Positions 1-11,735 of a stretch of 64,000 nucleotides of DNA are shown piece after piece (position 1 is the stretch's first letter; each line of letters opens with the position of its first letter). The position numbers were made by a program, and so were the translations under genes. The notes under the pieces are model-generated. The model did not search any database and had not been told where the DNA came from. It saw only the letters and a list, made by a program, of their open reading frames with translations. Location: NCBI RefSeq assembly GCF_964194155.1, contig NC_135898.1, positions 53,754,001-53,818,000 on the forward strand, written 5' to 3'. This DNA comes from Cetorhinus maximus (Eukaryota).

Positions 1-108
1 CAAGGCTACAGGGAAAAAGCAGGGTACTGGGACCAAGTGAGTTGCTCTTGCAGAGAGTTGGCATGGTCATGACAGGCCGAATGGTCTCCTTTTGGGCTGT
101 GTTTCTAT
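1..108 (+). repeat. CR1 LINE 3' end fragment
   Basis: caaggctacagggaaaaagcagg...ggccgaatgg... matches the 3' end of the CR1 at 22930-23047. Confidence 0.65.
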
Positions 109-1331
109 GATACTCGGCAGGACAGGTAGCATCTGTGAAGAGACAAACAGTTAGACGTGAAGTCCCGCCGCCAGGGCCAAAAATGGGAGGCGACCACTTT
201 CAGGCAGGTGGCGGGATCCTGGTGCCGCATGTTGCCAGCCCAATCAGGGGGCTGGCAGCTTAGTAGCCTCAGCAGCGCCATCACAGGCAGTGGCCATTGC
301 TGAGGCTGTATCACCAGGGGGAGGGCACCACAATGGCAAGGCGCCCTCGAAGAGAGGTGAGTTTGGTTTAGGGACTTTGAGACCAGGCCGGTAGGCCTCA
401 GCAATTGGGATGGGGTGCAGTCATGGTGCACTGGCTGCACCATTGCCACCAGGGGCCCCTCTATGCGCCATGGAGCACCCATCAAGGAGGGCCCCTTCCC
501 TCCACAGAACCTGCTGGGAGGTTGCCAGGGTTTACCAAGCAGTCTCCCTGCACAGACACGGGCCCTTCAGACACGGGCTAAATGCCCGTTGAGGTTGAAA
601 GGGTCCATGATTGGCCACTTAAGTGGTTCAGTTGACTGCCTGTTGGGCTACGATGCTGCTAAAGTTCCCGTTGCTATCAATATGCCGTGGTGGCAGGAAG
701 AGGTCAGGCTCCCCTTTTGACGTCTTCCCTGCCATGTTGCCAGTCAGTCGCCATAGGACTGGGAAACTTCAGCCCAACTCTAAAGCTGATGACCTTTCAT
801 GAAAATTCCTTTCCATTTAATTGCTGGTTGTAAAAAAAACATCTTGGGCAGAATTTTTCGGTCGGCGTGCGGGCGCGGGCCCGACACGCTCGAGCGTAAA
901 ATGCGCGTGATGACATTGGGCGAGTGTCCTGTCATAATTGCACACTCGCGTGATATTTCACTCGGCGGTCACGCGCAGGTGTCAGAGCCACGCCCACCAT
1001 TAATTAAGAGGCCTGTTAAGGCCATTAAAAAGGCAAATGACGCCGATTTTACATTGCCCGTGCAATTTGGTGCTCATCACATGGGCAAAATGGGCAGACA
1101 GCCACTGGACAATTTCAAAAACTTCACCCATGGGCGGGATAAAAAGAGTGAGCAGCATTGCCAGTGAGAGTAGTGAGGGGTTTGGTAGATAGTTTGCTGC
1201 TGGTGACTTATTGGTATATGGCAGCTTCATCTCTGTTCAAGGTTTCATTATTAGCATTTCCAGGCTTCATTTCAAGACTCCTGGATACCTCCAAGTACCC
1301 CAGAGGATTCAGACTTTGTGTTACCTTGTTA

Positions 1332-2592
1332 ATAGGGATTGTGCTCTCCGCTGGAGGCACCTCCCCTGAAGAGGAAGAAAGGGGCAGAATGGAGAGGGGG
1401 CCAGGTGTCCCAATGCAGCCTCCAGGGGAGCGACCTGTGGGAGGAGAGGCTCAGGGCTCACAGGGCCAGCTGGCAGTCCAAGGTGGAAGGGGCCACAGAA
1501 GACGCCACTATCCTGCTGCCAGTGTTTACAGGCAGCAATGCAGCTACCTCAATATGTCCGACATGCAATGCCAAAAGAGGCTCCGCCTCTCAAGGGAGAG
1601 ATAGAGACTTGCATCTGTCAGATGATTGGACCTGAGATCACCTCCAACTGTGAGTGGACACCCCCTGCCAGTGGCTCTGAAGGTCATAGTGGCCCTCTGC
1701 TTCTATGCGTCAGACTCTTTCCAGGGGTCAGTGGGGAATCTGTGTGGAATCTCCCAATCAGCTGTCCGTAGTTGCGTCAAGCTGGTAACAGAAGATCTGT
1801 TCAAGCATGCATTGACTTTCATTCATTTCAGTATGGATGAAGCCAGCCAGGTTGAGTGAGCCAGAGGCTTTGTAGTGATTTCTGGGTTCCCCCACATCCA
1901 GGGTGCAATAGACTGCACATATATGGCCATCAAGATGCCAGCGGGTCAGCCGGGTGCTCTCGTTAACAGGAAGAGATTCCACTCCATGAACATGCAGATA
2001 GTGTGTGACCATAGGATTCAGATTCTGCAAGTCTGTGCAAGGTACCCTGGCAGCTCCCATGATGTTTACATCCTGAGACACTCCCAGGTGCCGAGGCTCT
2101 TCAGTGCTCCGGCCTGACTGAATGCATGGCTGCTGGTTGACAAGGGCTATCCCTTGAAGAGATGGCTTATCACGGCTCTCCACCACCCACGAACAGAGGC
2201 AGACCAGCGGTACAACAGGAGCCATGCTTCCACAAGGACGGCGATAGAGAGAACTGTAGGTCTTCTGAAGATTCCCCTCTGATGCCTGGACCATTCATGG
2301 GGAGCAACTCCAATACCCCCCAGAGCAGGTGTCACTGATAATGGCTGCATGCTGCACTCTCCACAATCTGGCACTGGCAAGAGGGGACCCACTGGAGGAT
2401 GAGGATGTTGACGCAGCTCCGCAGGCCACAGATGATGAATCCAGTGGTGAATCAGAAGAGGAGCATGGTGCGGAGAATGCTAAGGGTTTGGAGGCAGACC
2501 TCTATAAACTCCAGGGAGGCAGGGACACCAGGGATGCCTTTATCCAACGCTCGCTGGACATCCAGCATCTGCCACCTAATGGACGATTCTAG
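1332..2592 (+). pseudogene. Harbinger/HARBI1-like DDE transposase, disrupted
   Basis: Joined ORF fragments: LPVALKVIVALCFYASDSFQ...[73 protein letters not shown]. Contains in-frame stops (for example near 1857 and 2115) and frameshifts. Confidence 0.92.
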
Positions 2593-2619
2593 AGGCTCAA
2601 TATCTGCCTTCAGCTGAGC

Positions 2620-3795
2620 ATCATCCTGGTCTCCAACAGTCCTCCAATTGCCAGCACCCTGGGCACTCTCTGCCTCTGCCTGCACCTCAAGCAAGTGTGA
2701 AGTATCCTCACCTCTGTGTACTGACATTCTAGATGAAGATCTAACACCCACCGAGGTGCTCTGGTATCTGCACTGGTGCCTGGTTCAGAGAGCGGGTGTG
2801 ATGCAGGTGCATCTGGAGCCTGGTGGTCCTCTGGAGTCAGGGGTGGGTCTTCGGGGTCCTGTGATTGGGTGCGTGATGGCAAACCTAAGGGAGAACAATA
2901 ACATACCATTAGTTTAAGTCATCACATTGTCGCTGTGCATGCCAGGCACCCTGGTGAGACCATAGAGATCTGCATCATGGTGCCATCATCTTTCAATGGT
3001 CAATGGGGAATCCAGTTTTGAGGCTCTCACCAATGATGAGACTACACAAGAATGTTTGCACCATCCGAAACTCTCATCTCTGTGCACTGCACTCTTACCT
3101 TCGTCTGACACCCCAGCCTCAACGCAGCCGGTTGACTGAGGTGATTGCTGGCCCTCAAGCTCAAGGGCCTCCTGCTCATGTCTAGTTAAGATTATGAGGC
3201 TAGTGGGGCTTCTGCCGGTCCGCAACCTTTCAATGCTGTTGTGGGCCGTCTTCTCCTGAAAGCACAGAAGAGCATTGATTAATCCACTCTCTGCAGCGCC
3301 ATTGCAGCCTGACCAACCCCACCTGAGGAGCACCTTGCAGGGCTCATCCAAATCGTGGCCCTCGAGTCGCAAGGAACTCAGTCCAAGCAGCCAGGGTTCA
3401 CCCCCTTGGCCAACTCCGATGTCATTGACAGTTGGTACTCAGACTCTAACACCCCTGAGCTCCACGGGGGAGACAGCCAGCCCTTAACACTCATTACACT
3501 GACCCATGCCAACACGGTACTCCCCCTTCCTGAGCACAGCAGGTCATTAAACCTCTTGCGGCACTGGGCCCAGGTGCGCCGCACCACATCATGGCTGCTA
3601 ACCAGCACTGCCACCACCTCCCAAGCTCTTTTTGTTAGGTGCAGTGGCCTCCTCCTTCCATCCCTGGGGACAAGGGTGTCCAACCAGCAGCCACCTCATC
3701 AGGAGGACCGCAAGGCGGTCATCAGAAAACCAGGGGGCCGAGTGCCCACCTGACCTGCCCCCCTGCCTGGTGTCTGCAGCCACATTTGAATCCAT
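2620..3795 (-). pseudogene. Harbinger Myb/SANT-like DNA-binding protein gene, spliced and disrupted
   Basis: Exon 1 (about 3795-3527): APWFSD...AWEVVAVLVSSHDVVRRTWAQCRKRFNDLL. Exon 2 (3255-3099) is bounded by tttcag| and |gtaag and reads EKTAHNSIERLRTG...LTRHEQEALEL. A Pro/Asp-rich third segment lies at about 2880-2620. Confidence 0.82.
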
Positions 3796-4778
3796 AATGT
3801 TTAATCCCCTGCTGGCAACACCGAAGATGTCTTTGTCACCGGCAGCCTTCCAGGGCCTGACTCTGCCAGTTTTAAACCGGTCACTGGGTCGCCATTGGAC
3901 CCGGCGGCTGACAGGCCCCCAGCTCCCGCCCGCCCCTTCCTGACCATTGGGGAGCTGCCATTCACGCTCGGCGAGACTTATTGGCCCGCCAGCGTGAAAT
4001 CGCGGGCAGCGGCCTGTTTCCTGGCTGCTCCTGGGCCCACCGACCATGCCCACATGCTGAACTCAAAATCCAGCACCATGTGTTCCTGACATTACCAATT
4101 GCAAAAAAAATGTGATGTTGACATTTATAATTTCCCAACACATAATAGCAAGTAGTATGACATCATCAACTGGTGACAAAGGTTAACAGTCTTGAAACAG
4201 TAAACTACTGCTCTCGACTAAAGGAAAACAGGAATTCTTGCAGACAAAATCTGAGCAGCTCATTCATCGAATGGGCGACTTTATGGGTTAACAATTCATC
4301 CTGCCATCTTTACGAATTATGTTCAAATCTAGTCTTAATAGATTGAATGAAACTCTCCACTTTCTGCTGGTCACAAAGGTCCTATATGGATTGAGTCTGG
4401 GCTTTGTTAACTCAATTCCTAGTGGGTGTTGGCACACAGCACAAAACTTGCACTCAATTAGCAATTGCTTTCAGAAAGAGCACAAGGATGATTGGTGTGG
4501 GAAATGGAAATGTCATGCCAACACAGCAGAGAATGGGTGCTCTTTTGAGGCGAGAACAAAGGTAAATTGTTGGGATTGGGTAGAGAGAGATTCACAGCCG
4601 TACCTGACCTGGGAGTACTGTGTGCTCGTTCACATACGGAGAGCACTCTGTTTCTCAGCAGTAGCAACCTCGCCTCACTTAGCATAATGTTATATCAAAA
4701 AAATCAGCACTGGGTTTGGAGCAGTGTTCAGTTCGTATAAACACTTAAATTATTTTGAGTTTCATTTTAATGCTAGCT

Positions 4779-5250
4779 TGTCAGCTTTGGCTCAGTGATC
4801 GCGACTCTTGGCTCTCAGTCAGAACATAATCCAGGCTGGCCCCTTCGTACTGAAGGACTGCTGCATTGTCAGAGGTGCCAACTTTTGTACAAGCCATTAA
4901 GCCGAGGCCCCATCTTCTCTCCCAGATGGAAGCAAAAAATCCCTTGGCATTATTTGAAGAGGAGCAGGGGAGTTAGCCAGCTGATCTGACTGATATTGAT
5001 CCCTCAATTGTCGGTTTCCCTTAGTTACTGAAGATGGCCGTTTCTTGTGTGCATAGAGTCATCTGTTATGTGTACTAATGTAGCTTGAAAAAAGATTATC
5101 TGGCCATTATCTCATTGCTGTTTGTGGGAGCTTGCTGCATGCATTTTGACTACATTAAAGCAAAGAGTACATTTCAAAAGGATTTAATTGGTTGGGACGC
5201 ATTCTGAGCTGTCCTGAGGTTGTGAAAGGTGATATATAAATGCAAGTTTT
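4779..5250 (+). mobile_element. Deu-domain tRNA-derived SINE (SacSINE1/AmnSINE-like)
   Basis: A-box tggctcagtg head. The body is the reverse complement of the copies at 17020 and 47205. Family name from recall. Confidence 0.75.
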
Positions 5251-5639
5251 TTTTGCTTCTTATCCTCATGAACAGTTGGAAAAATTAAATTCTGTGACTG
5301 TCCAAAGGGAATCTGGTCACATGACCCATTTTGATTGACGCAGCTCTGGCCAATACTTTGAGTAAATTCCTGCTTTCAATTCTGAAAATGGGCTTCATCT
5401 TTGCTACATTTGGCAGCTGCAGGACAGTCACTGTATGCAATGGAGTGTGTATTGAAACTTTAATCACCATTCCAGGGATTAGAAATAACTTGAGGAAAGC
5501 CAGTAATCCCATTTTGTAACACATATGAGGCAATGTTTGAAGTAAATGATTCCCAAATTATTCTTTATCGCTGGAACTGAAGCAGTTCAGTCAACATATG
5601 CGGGGAGAGAACAAACACATTATCATTTTGGATGCAGAC

Positions 5640-5790
5640 TCTTCTTATGAATTTCTGAAGAAGGGCCTTCATCTGAAATATAAACCTGTTTGTTCTCTCC
5701 ACAGGTACTGACTGGAATGCTGTGTGTCATCTGCATTGTCTGTTTTTGTTTCAGATTTCCAGCATCCATAATATTTTGCTTTATTTTTTT
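5640..5790 (+). repeat. Penelope terminal-repeat remnant
   Basis: ttctgaagaaggg...tttctctccacag...tttttgtttcagatttccagcatcc resembles the element terminus at 36103-36230. Confidence 0.6.
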
Positions 5791-5924
5791 TACTGGAACC
5801 GAGGCATTAGGGTTGAGGATCAAGTAACTGATAGTTAACGTGCAAACATGGAAAATATGGCCATAAAAACATTAATTATGTTCTTAGGATTTTCACACAG
5901 ATGGCTTGCTACCAAAAGTCATCA

Positions 5925-6170
5925 CAAATAAGAACATAAACAGCACAACATGGAATGGCTAGAGAATGTGCCGGCATTCTGCAAAGCAACATACCTAGTC
6001 CAACACCTCCACCCTTTACTGGCAGACCTGCTATTTTTATCCCCTTCAGGTGTTTATCCAACCTATTGCTGAAAGCCATGATCGCATCTGCCTCCGCTGC
6101 CCTTTTCAAGCAGTGCATTCCAGTTGCTGTGTAAGAAAACTTTTCCTCACGTCGCCTTTGCATCTTTTGC
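5925..6170 (-). repeat. CR1 LINE 3' fragment
   Basis: Minus-strand translation AAEADAIMAFSNRLDKHLKG resembles the CR1 ORF2 C-terminus. Confidence 0.7.
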
Positions 6171-6599
6171 CAATACACATCATTCTAATTACATCAATAT
6201 TTTTATTTTGTATTGCACGTTTTCCGACTGATGGGATGTGGTTGCATTTGGAAGGCTGAGGAATTTTGATTAGATATTTTGTCATTAAGGTTTGACAGTT
6301 GTGTGTTGGGAGGACCAGCGTGCGATGCTACAGAGTGGTGGGACGTGGAATCCTGCCTGAGGTCATTCACACTGCCGAGCTCCATCATGTAAAATTTTTG
6401 TGGACTGAGTGGTAACCAAGTGCAGCTGTCTTTGGCCAGGCCAGAGTTTGCAGTCGTCATCCTGCTGAATCTTCCAGGATCTGGTTTGGTTTCATACATG
6501 CAGTGAGCTCTTGGTATTGGAAGCTTGTGGGTTGGGAATTAAACGCTGGATTTTGGTGGTTAAAAATTTTGACTGGGTTAGGAATCATTGCTGGAATGG

Positions 6600-6800
6600 A
6601 GTAGAGGTGTCCACAAGGCACTGATTTGCCAATATATCAGTGGCCCTGCTACCGCTGTTTACACATGGCAAATGGGATGTGGGCAGGAATGCACGGGAGG
6701 AGATGGTGGTTCACATCAGTGCTGCTTCCAGTTTGCTGCAGACCAGGCTGAAAATGTGGAAGAAGTTTAAAGATATCATCAAATCAGCCAAGCTAAGTCT
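6600..6800 (+). pseudogene. Harbinger-type Myb/SANT exon remnant
   Basis: AREEMVVHISAASSLLQTRLKMWKKFKDIIKSAK parallels the WEVVA...QCRKRFNDLL segment at 3530-3620. Confidence 0.55.
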
Positions 6801-7036
6801 ACCTACAGTGAAACATCCCACTCAGACTATCTTCAAATCTTTAGAATGCAAATCATGCATGTCCATTTTTGCCAGGCATGCTTTGCAGAAGCTGCTTATG
6901 CTTGTAATTGAGATTGATAGAATTTTGCTAGTCAAGGGTATTAATGGTTACAGAACCAAGGAGGGTCGATAGAGTCAAGGTACAGATCAGCTATGATCTA
7001 AGTGAATGACGGAACAGTATTCAGGGGCTGAATTGA

Positions 7037-8213
7037 GGGGGTGAGGTGAGAGTGACTGCCCTTGATATCAAGGCAGCATTTGACAGAGTGTGGCATCAAG
7101 GAGCCCTAGTAATACTGGAGCCAATGGGAATCAAAGGGGAAATTCTCCACTGGTTGGAGTCATACCTAGCACAAAGGAAGATGGTTGTGGTTGTTGAAGG
7201 ACAATCATCTTAGCTCCAGGACATTACTGCAGGAGTTGCTCAGGGTAGTGTCCTCAGCCCAACCATCTCCAGCTGCTTCATCAATGACCTTCCTTCCATC
7301 ATAAGGTCAGAAGTTGGGATGTTGCTGATGATTGCACAATGTTCAGCACCATTCAAAACTCCTCAGATACTGAAGCAGTCTATGTCCAAATGCAGCAAGA
7401 CCTGGACAATATCCAGTCTTGGGATGACAAGCGCCAAGTAACATTCACACCTCACAAGTGTCAGGCAATGACCATCTCTGACAAGAGAGAATCCAACCAT
7501 CGCCCCTTAATGTTCGATGGCATTACCATCACCGAACCCCACCAATATCAACATCCTGGGAGTTACAATTGACCAGAAACTGAACTGGACTAGCCATATA
7601 AACATTGTGGCTACAAGAGCAGGTCAGGGGCTAGGAATCGTGCGATGAGTAACTCACCTCCTGACTCCCCAAAGCCTGTCCACTATCTACAATGTACAAG
7701 TCAGGAGTGTGATGGAATACTCCCCACTTGCCTGGATGAGTGCAGCTCCCACAAAACTCAAGAAGCTTGACACCATCCAGGATAAAGCAGCCCACTTGAT
7801 TGGCACCACATCCACAAACATTCACACCCTCCACCACAGGGTGTAGCAGCAGTGTGTACCTTCTACAAGATGCGCTGCAGGAATTCACCAAGGCTCCTTA
7901 GACAGCACCTTCAAACCCACAACCACTACTATCTCAAAGGACAAGGGTAGCAGATAGATCAAAACACCACCACCTGGAAGTTCTCCTCCAAATCACTCAC
8001 CATCATGACTTAGAAATATATCACAGTTCCTTCACTGTCGCTGGGTCAAAATCCTGGAACTCCCTTCTAACAGCACTGTGGGTGTACCTACACCACACGG
8101 ACTGTAGCGGTTCAAAAGGCAGCTCGCTACCACCTTCTCAAGGGGCACTAGGGATGGGCAATAAATGCTGGCCCAGCCAGCGAAGCCCACATCCCACGAA
8201 TGAATAAAAAAAA
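7037..8213 (+). mobile_element. 5'-truncated LINE (CR1/L2 group) with decayed RT and A-rich tail
   Basis: EVRVTALDIKAAFDRVWHQG, GVAQGSVLSP and ADD RT motifs with stops. The 3' tail is gggatgggcaataaatgctggcc...gaatgaataaaaaaaa. It is inserted in a CR1 3' UTR (6870-7034 / 8214-8240). Confidence 0.88.
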
Positions 8214-11200
8214 CCCTACTGCTATTCCCTTATTCCTAACTCTCGCTACTCTGATCTGCTTAAAGGTATTCAGCCAAAGAAATACTTTGAACTAAATCTA
8301 CCTCCATGATACATTAACTTACAGTCTTGATGAGCTGCATGATAGGCACTTGGAAGTCGCTTTGTATGTTCCTGGCATTTGCAGCTTTGAACTGTTGCTT
8401 CTCTGTTGTTAGGGAAAGGCATCACAAAACAGAAGGCATTAGGCACGGTTGGGAGAATGTCTATCATTGAAAGCTTTCAATTCCCTTTGAAGAGATCATA
8501 ATAGAAAGTCAAAGTGAAGGGGGAGGTTCCCTCTAAACTTGCATCTAATATCGCCATTCTCACATTATTTCTTCTCATTCTACTTGTTTGCCAACTCACT
8601 CACTAGCTTGATCACTGACTCCCAAGCAAACATTCAATCATAATACCAAATGGCACAAGAGGAGTCATTTTCAATTTCATCGTTTGGGAGGTATCCTGGC
8701 AGTGGAACTAGATGAAAACTGCGCAGCTTCTGCAACTGGCGGGTAATCCACTCCATCAGGTGACCAACCAGGGACGAAGTTGAATATGAACCGAACCCAC
8801 CCCACAACCCCAGTATATTCTCGAGTAAACAGTTTTGGAAAGGATATCAAACAGGCAGGATTGTAATTTATGTTTCTCTTCTGTCATTATAGATGTCAAA
8901 CTTGCAGCAGTCCCAAATACCTGTGCCAAAGAAGAAGGCAGTACCTGATGCCATTCATTCTTCATGGTATCAACACCAACATAAGTACCTCTTTGGCAGT
9001 GAGTTTCAGGAGGGAACAGTGGTTGAAACACTGAGCATGAGTGAGAAAGAGCAAGTGAAGTATCAGTGGATAATCTTTTAGCTGGAAAGCCAGTTTATAG
9101 CCTTTCTCAGCTGTAGAGCCTTGAGATTAGGATCTCAGAGCATCTGCTACTGAGTGCCAATGTGCTATGCAGTCATTGGAGACTATGGCAAGCACCCTAC
9201 AGAGAATGTGAGGGTCTTGACTAGTTCCATCAATACAGTCATGCGTGAAGACACTACAGTGTACTTCAGACCATTTGGCAACTCCAGGGCCATTTCAGCA
9301 GGGCATCCAGCCCAGTTGTAGTACTTTTCATCAATCAATGCTTAGCTGCTGCTTTAGAGGTTCCAGTCCAGCATGCCTGATTTCAACATCCATCAGAATA
9401 GCAATGAGTATCATAGTGCAAAATTTCACCACCTTGATTGCTGCCAGTGGTTTGTTCCATTATAGATCACTGACTTGCTGAGAGAATGGCCAGAAGTCAG
9501 AGCACAGGAGGCATGAATGAGACTACGGTCTTTGAGACTGATGGTATATTTTACTACTCCAGCCCCTCACCTCCTCAACCCCTGAGCAGAACCTATCAGC
9601 CTCCAAATAGGCTATCAGTCACTTACTCCTGCCAATATTAGAGCATCTGAAGTGAGCCCAAGGTGAGGAAGTGGAACATGGAAAGTATGGACAGCATTAG
9701 CACCAGGATGCAGCAAACCATATTGAGCTCACATGCATTGTAAGAATATAAACTGAATTTAATTTATAACCACTTGGACATGAGAATTTCTCACTGTTGC
9801 TGTCTTCTTTCATTATGCATTAAAACTTGAGATATGGTTGTTAGAGTGCTTTTAGTGTGATTTCCATTATTAAGGTAAGACTGGCATGCCAAAGGGTTAT
9901 TGTACCCTGAAACTTCCAACCAGATGCATTAGTACATCTTGAGGTAGAATGAACATTGATACTATAGGATCTTCATGTTGCGCTGCACTCACCCTGAGGT
10001 CAGACCTGCTACAGGGCCTACCAGCAGCAGAAGGGGAGCAGCCTGCAGCAGCGTGACAGGCCTTGGAGATCAATAGCCAGAAGCTCCTGAATGCACCTGA
10101 AGATCCTGGGGGAGTTCAAAGTTGAAGTCCTCCTGCACTGGGATGCCTAATCACCTGGAACATAAAAGGAGAAATGGGAAGACAAGGAATGCACTTGCCT
10201 GGCCTACGTCTGCTGCAGGGATAAATCAAACTTCTCCCCCATTGCCTCAGGAAATACCATGGCAATGGAGATGAGAGCCTTGGGCAAGAGGCAGGAAAGT
10301 TAGGCTGTGACAGGACAGCACAACAGCTCTAACCTCCACTTCTCTGCTGAACTGCACAATATTACGACTGGATAGAAAATAACCAAAGCCTCATTTTTGG
10401 AGCTGCAGGTGAGTTCCTATCCATGCTCCTCCTCACCTGCCAAGGGGCTGCTCTGGGAACGTCACGATCTTGCTGAATTTAATGCAGGACCTCATTATAA
10501 TTGTTTTCTTCCATTTTCTGCCCAGCAGCCAGGCGACTGGCCGTCTGCCGGGTGGAAAACCAGTGACAGGAGTCCACAGCTGAGATGCTGAGCATGGCAT
10601 GAGGTCAGCTGTGATCGTGGGACAGGTTGCAGATCGGGGGCTGGAGACGTGGCAGGGGTGGCGGGCAGTGGGTGTGCAGTGGGAGAAAGGAGCTGTGTTC
10701 GACAGAAGGGAGGCTAATGGCTTCCTGTGGGCTGGAGAAGGGTTGGGTGAGGGGGAGAGGGGGGGTCACACTCCTGCTTCTCCAGGCCCGCGAAGAGTGC
10801 TATTAAAAGCTACCAGCTTCGATCTTCCTTTCTCTGCTGAGTTTCCTGAGCCTTGTGGAACCCAGCACATAACCGTTAACTGTAAATTTTTCTCCCAGTT
10901 GTACTGTGAGAACCTGATTTAATATATTAATGAAGTGCTGCTTATCAAAACTTGTTGGTGTAAAACCAGCAATGGATTGTTATGTGGAAAGTTCGGGATA
11001 TGGTTCCCTGCTTTTTGGGTTTAGCCATGGACCTCATCCCCTATCCTACTGTCACGGGGGAGTTAACATTGAAGCTAGGAAATGGGAATGACAAACAGGA
11101 AGCCTCAAGACTTTCTAAGTATAATAAAGGACATAGCCTTTCTTTATAATCCTGGCATTATATTTCTGTATTCTGGTCACTGGCTTGGCTCTATCCCAGA

Positions 11201-11640
11201 CCACAGCATGATTACTTTCCACACCGTGTCCAACTTGATTAGATTCAGCCTTCCTAGAGTTAGCTCAGTAAATTCAATAGTTTGTGAACCACCTCAACCG
11301 TTGAAATAATCTTTTATTTTTTTCATTTTCATACTTGTTTTGTTGCATTTCTAAAACTCTTCTCCACTTTAAAAAACACTCTTCTCTCTCTTTGCATTTA
11401 ATAATTGCTTTCCTTTTTCTTCTGTATAAGCTCATTTCAAGGTGAACTTGCTTAGGAATTATCAACTACCTGATTGGGTTGGAAGTTTGGGCCTTGGAGC
11501 ACCAAGATAGGATTATGGTGCTTTCTCACCTCTGCCATCCATCTCAAACTACAAAGATTTTCTTTGTGAATTTGCCCTAGAGAAATCTCGGGAATCCTTG
11601 CAGTAAATTTTACGATTGATATCTTTGCTTGTTTTCCCAG

Positions 11641-11735
11641 GCCTGGATCATGGCGATATTCCCAATGGAATAGATTTTAGGAAGATCACCCCTGCACCTC
11701 AGAAGAGCTTGCCTGAGCTTCCACCCACAAAAGCT
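11641..11735 (+). CDS. AFAP1L2: AFAP1L2/XB130 internal coding exon (95 nt; proline-rich motif)
   Basis: Acceptor gttttcccag|, donor |gtaagt. Reads xLDHGDIPNGIDFRKITPAPQKSLPELPPTKA, which resembles the PQKSLPDLPP motif I recall from AFAP1L2. Ends in phase 0, matching the phase-0 start at 46008. Confidence 0.88.

Larger units (their letters stand above)
846..4076 (+). mobile_element. Decayed full-length PIF/Harbinger DNA transposon (about 3.2 kb)
   Basis: Imperfect TIRs gggcagaatttt (846) and aaaatccagcac (ending 4076), GC-rich subterminal regions, and convergent transposase (+) and Myb/SANT (-) genes. The 3-bp flanks CTT/CAT match at only 2 of 3 positions. Confidence 0.88.

Noticed and set aside
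1332-2592. Domesticated HARBI1 host gene
   Set aside because: It has multiple stops and frameshifts, sits between TIRs and is paired with a Myb gene, so it is a transposon copy.
1-11640. Upstream AFAP1L2 exons, such as the EYIYM-containing exon
   Set aside because: I found no matching sequence by eye; they are probably upstream of the window.
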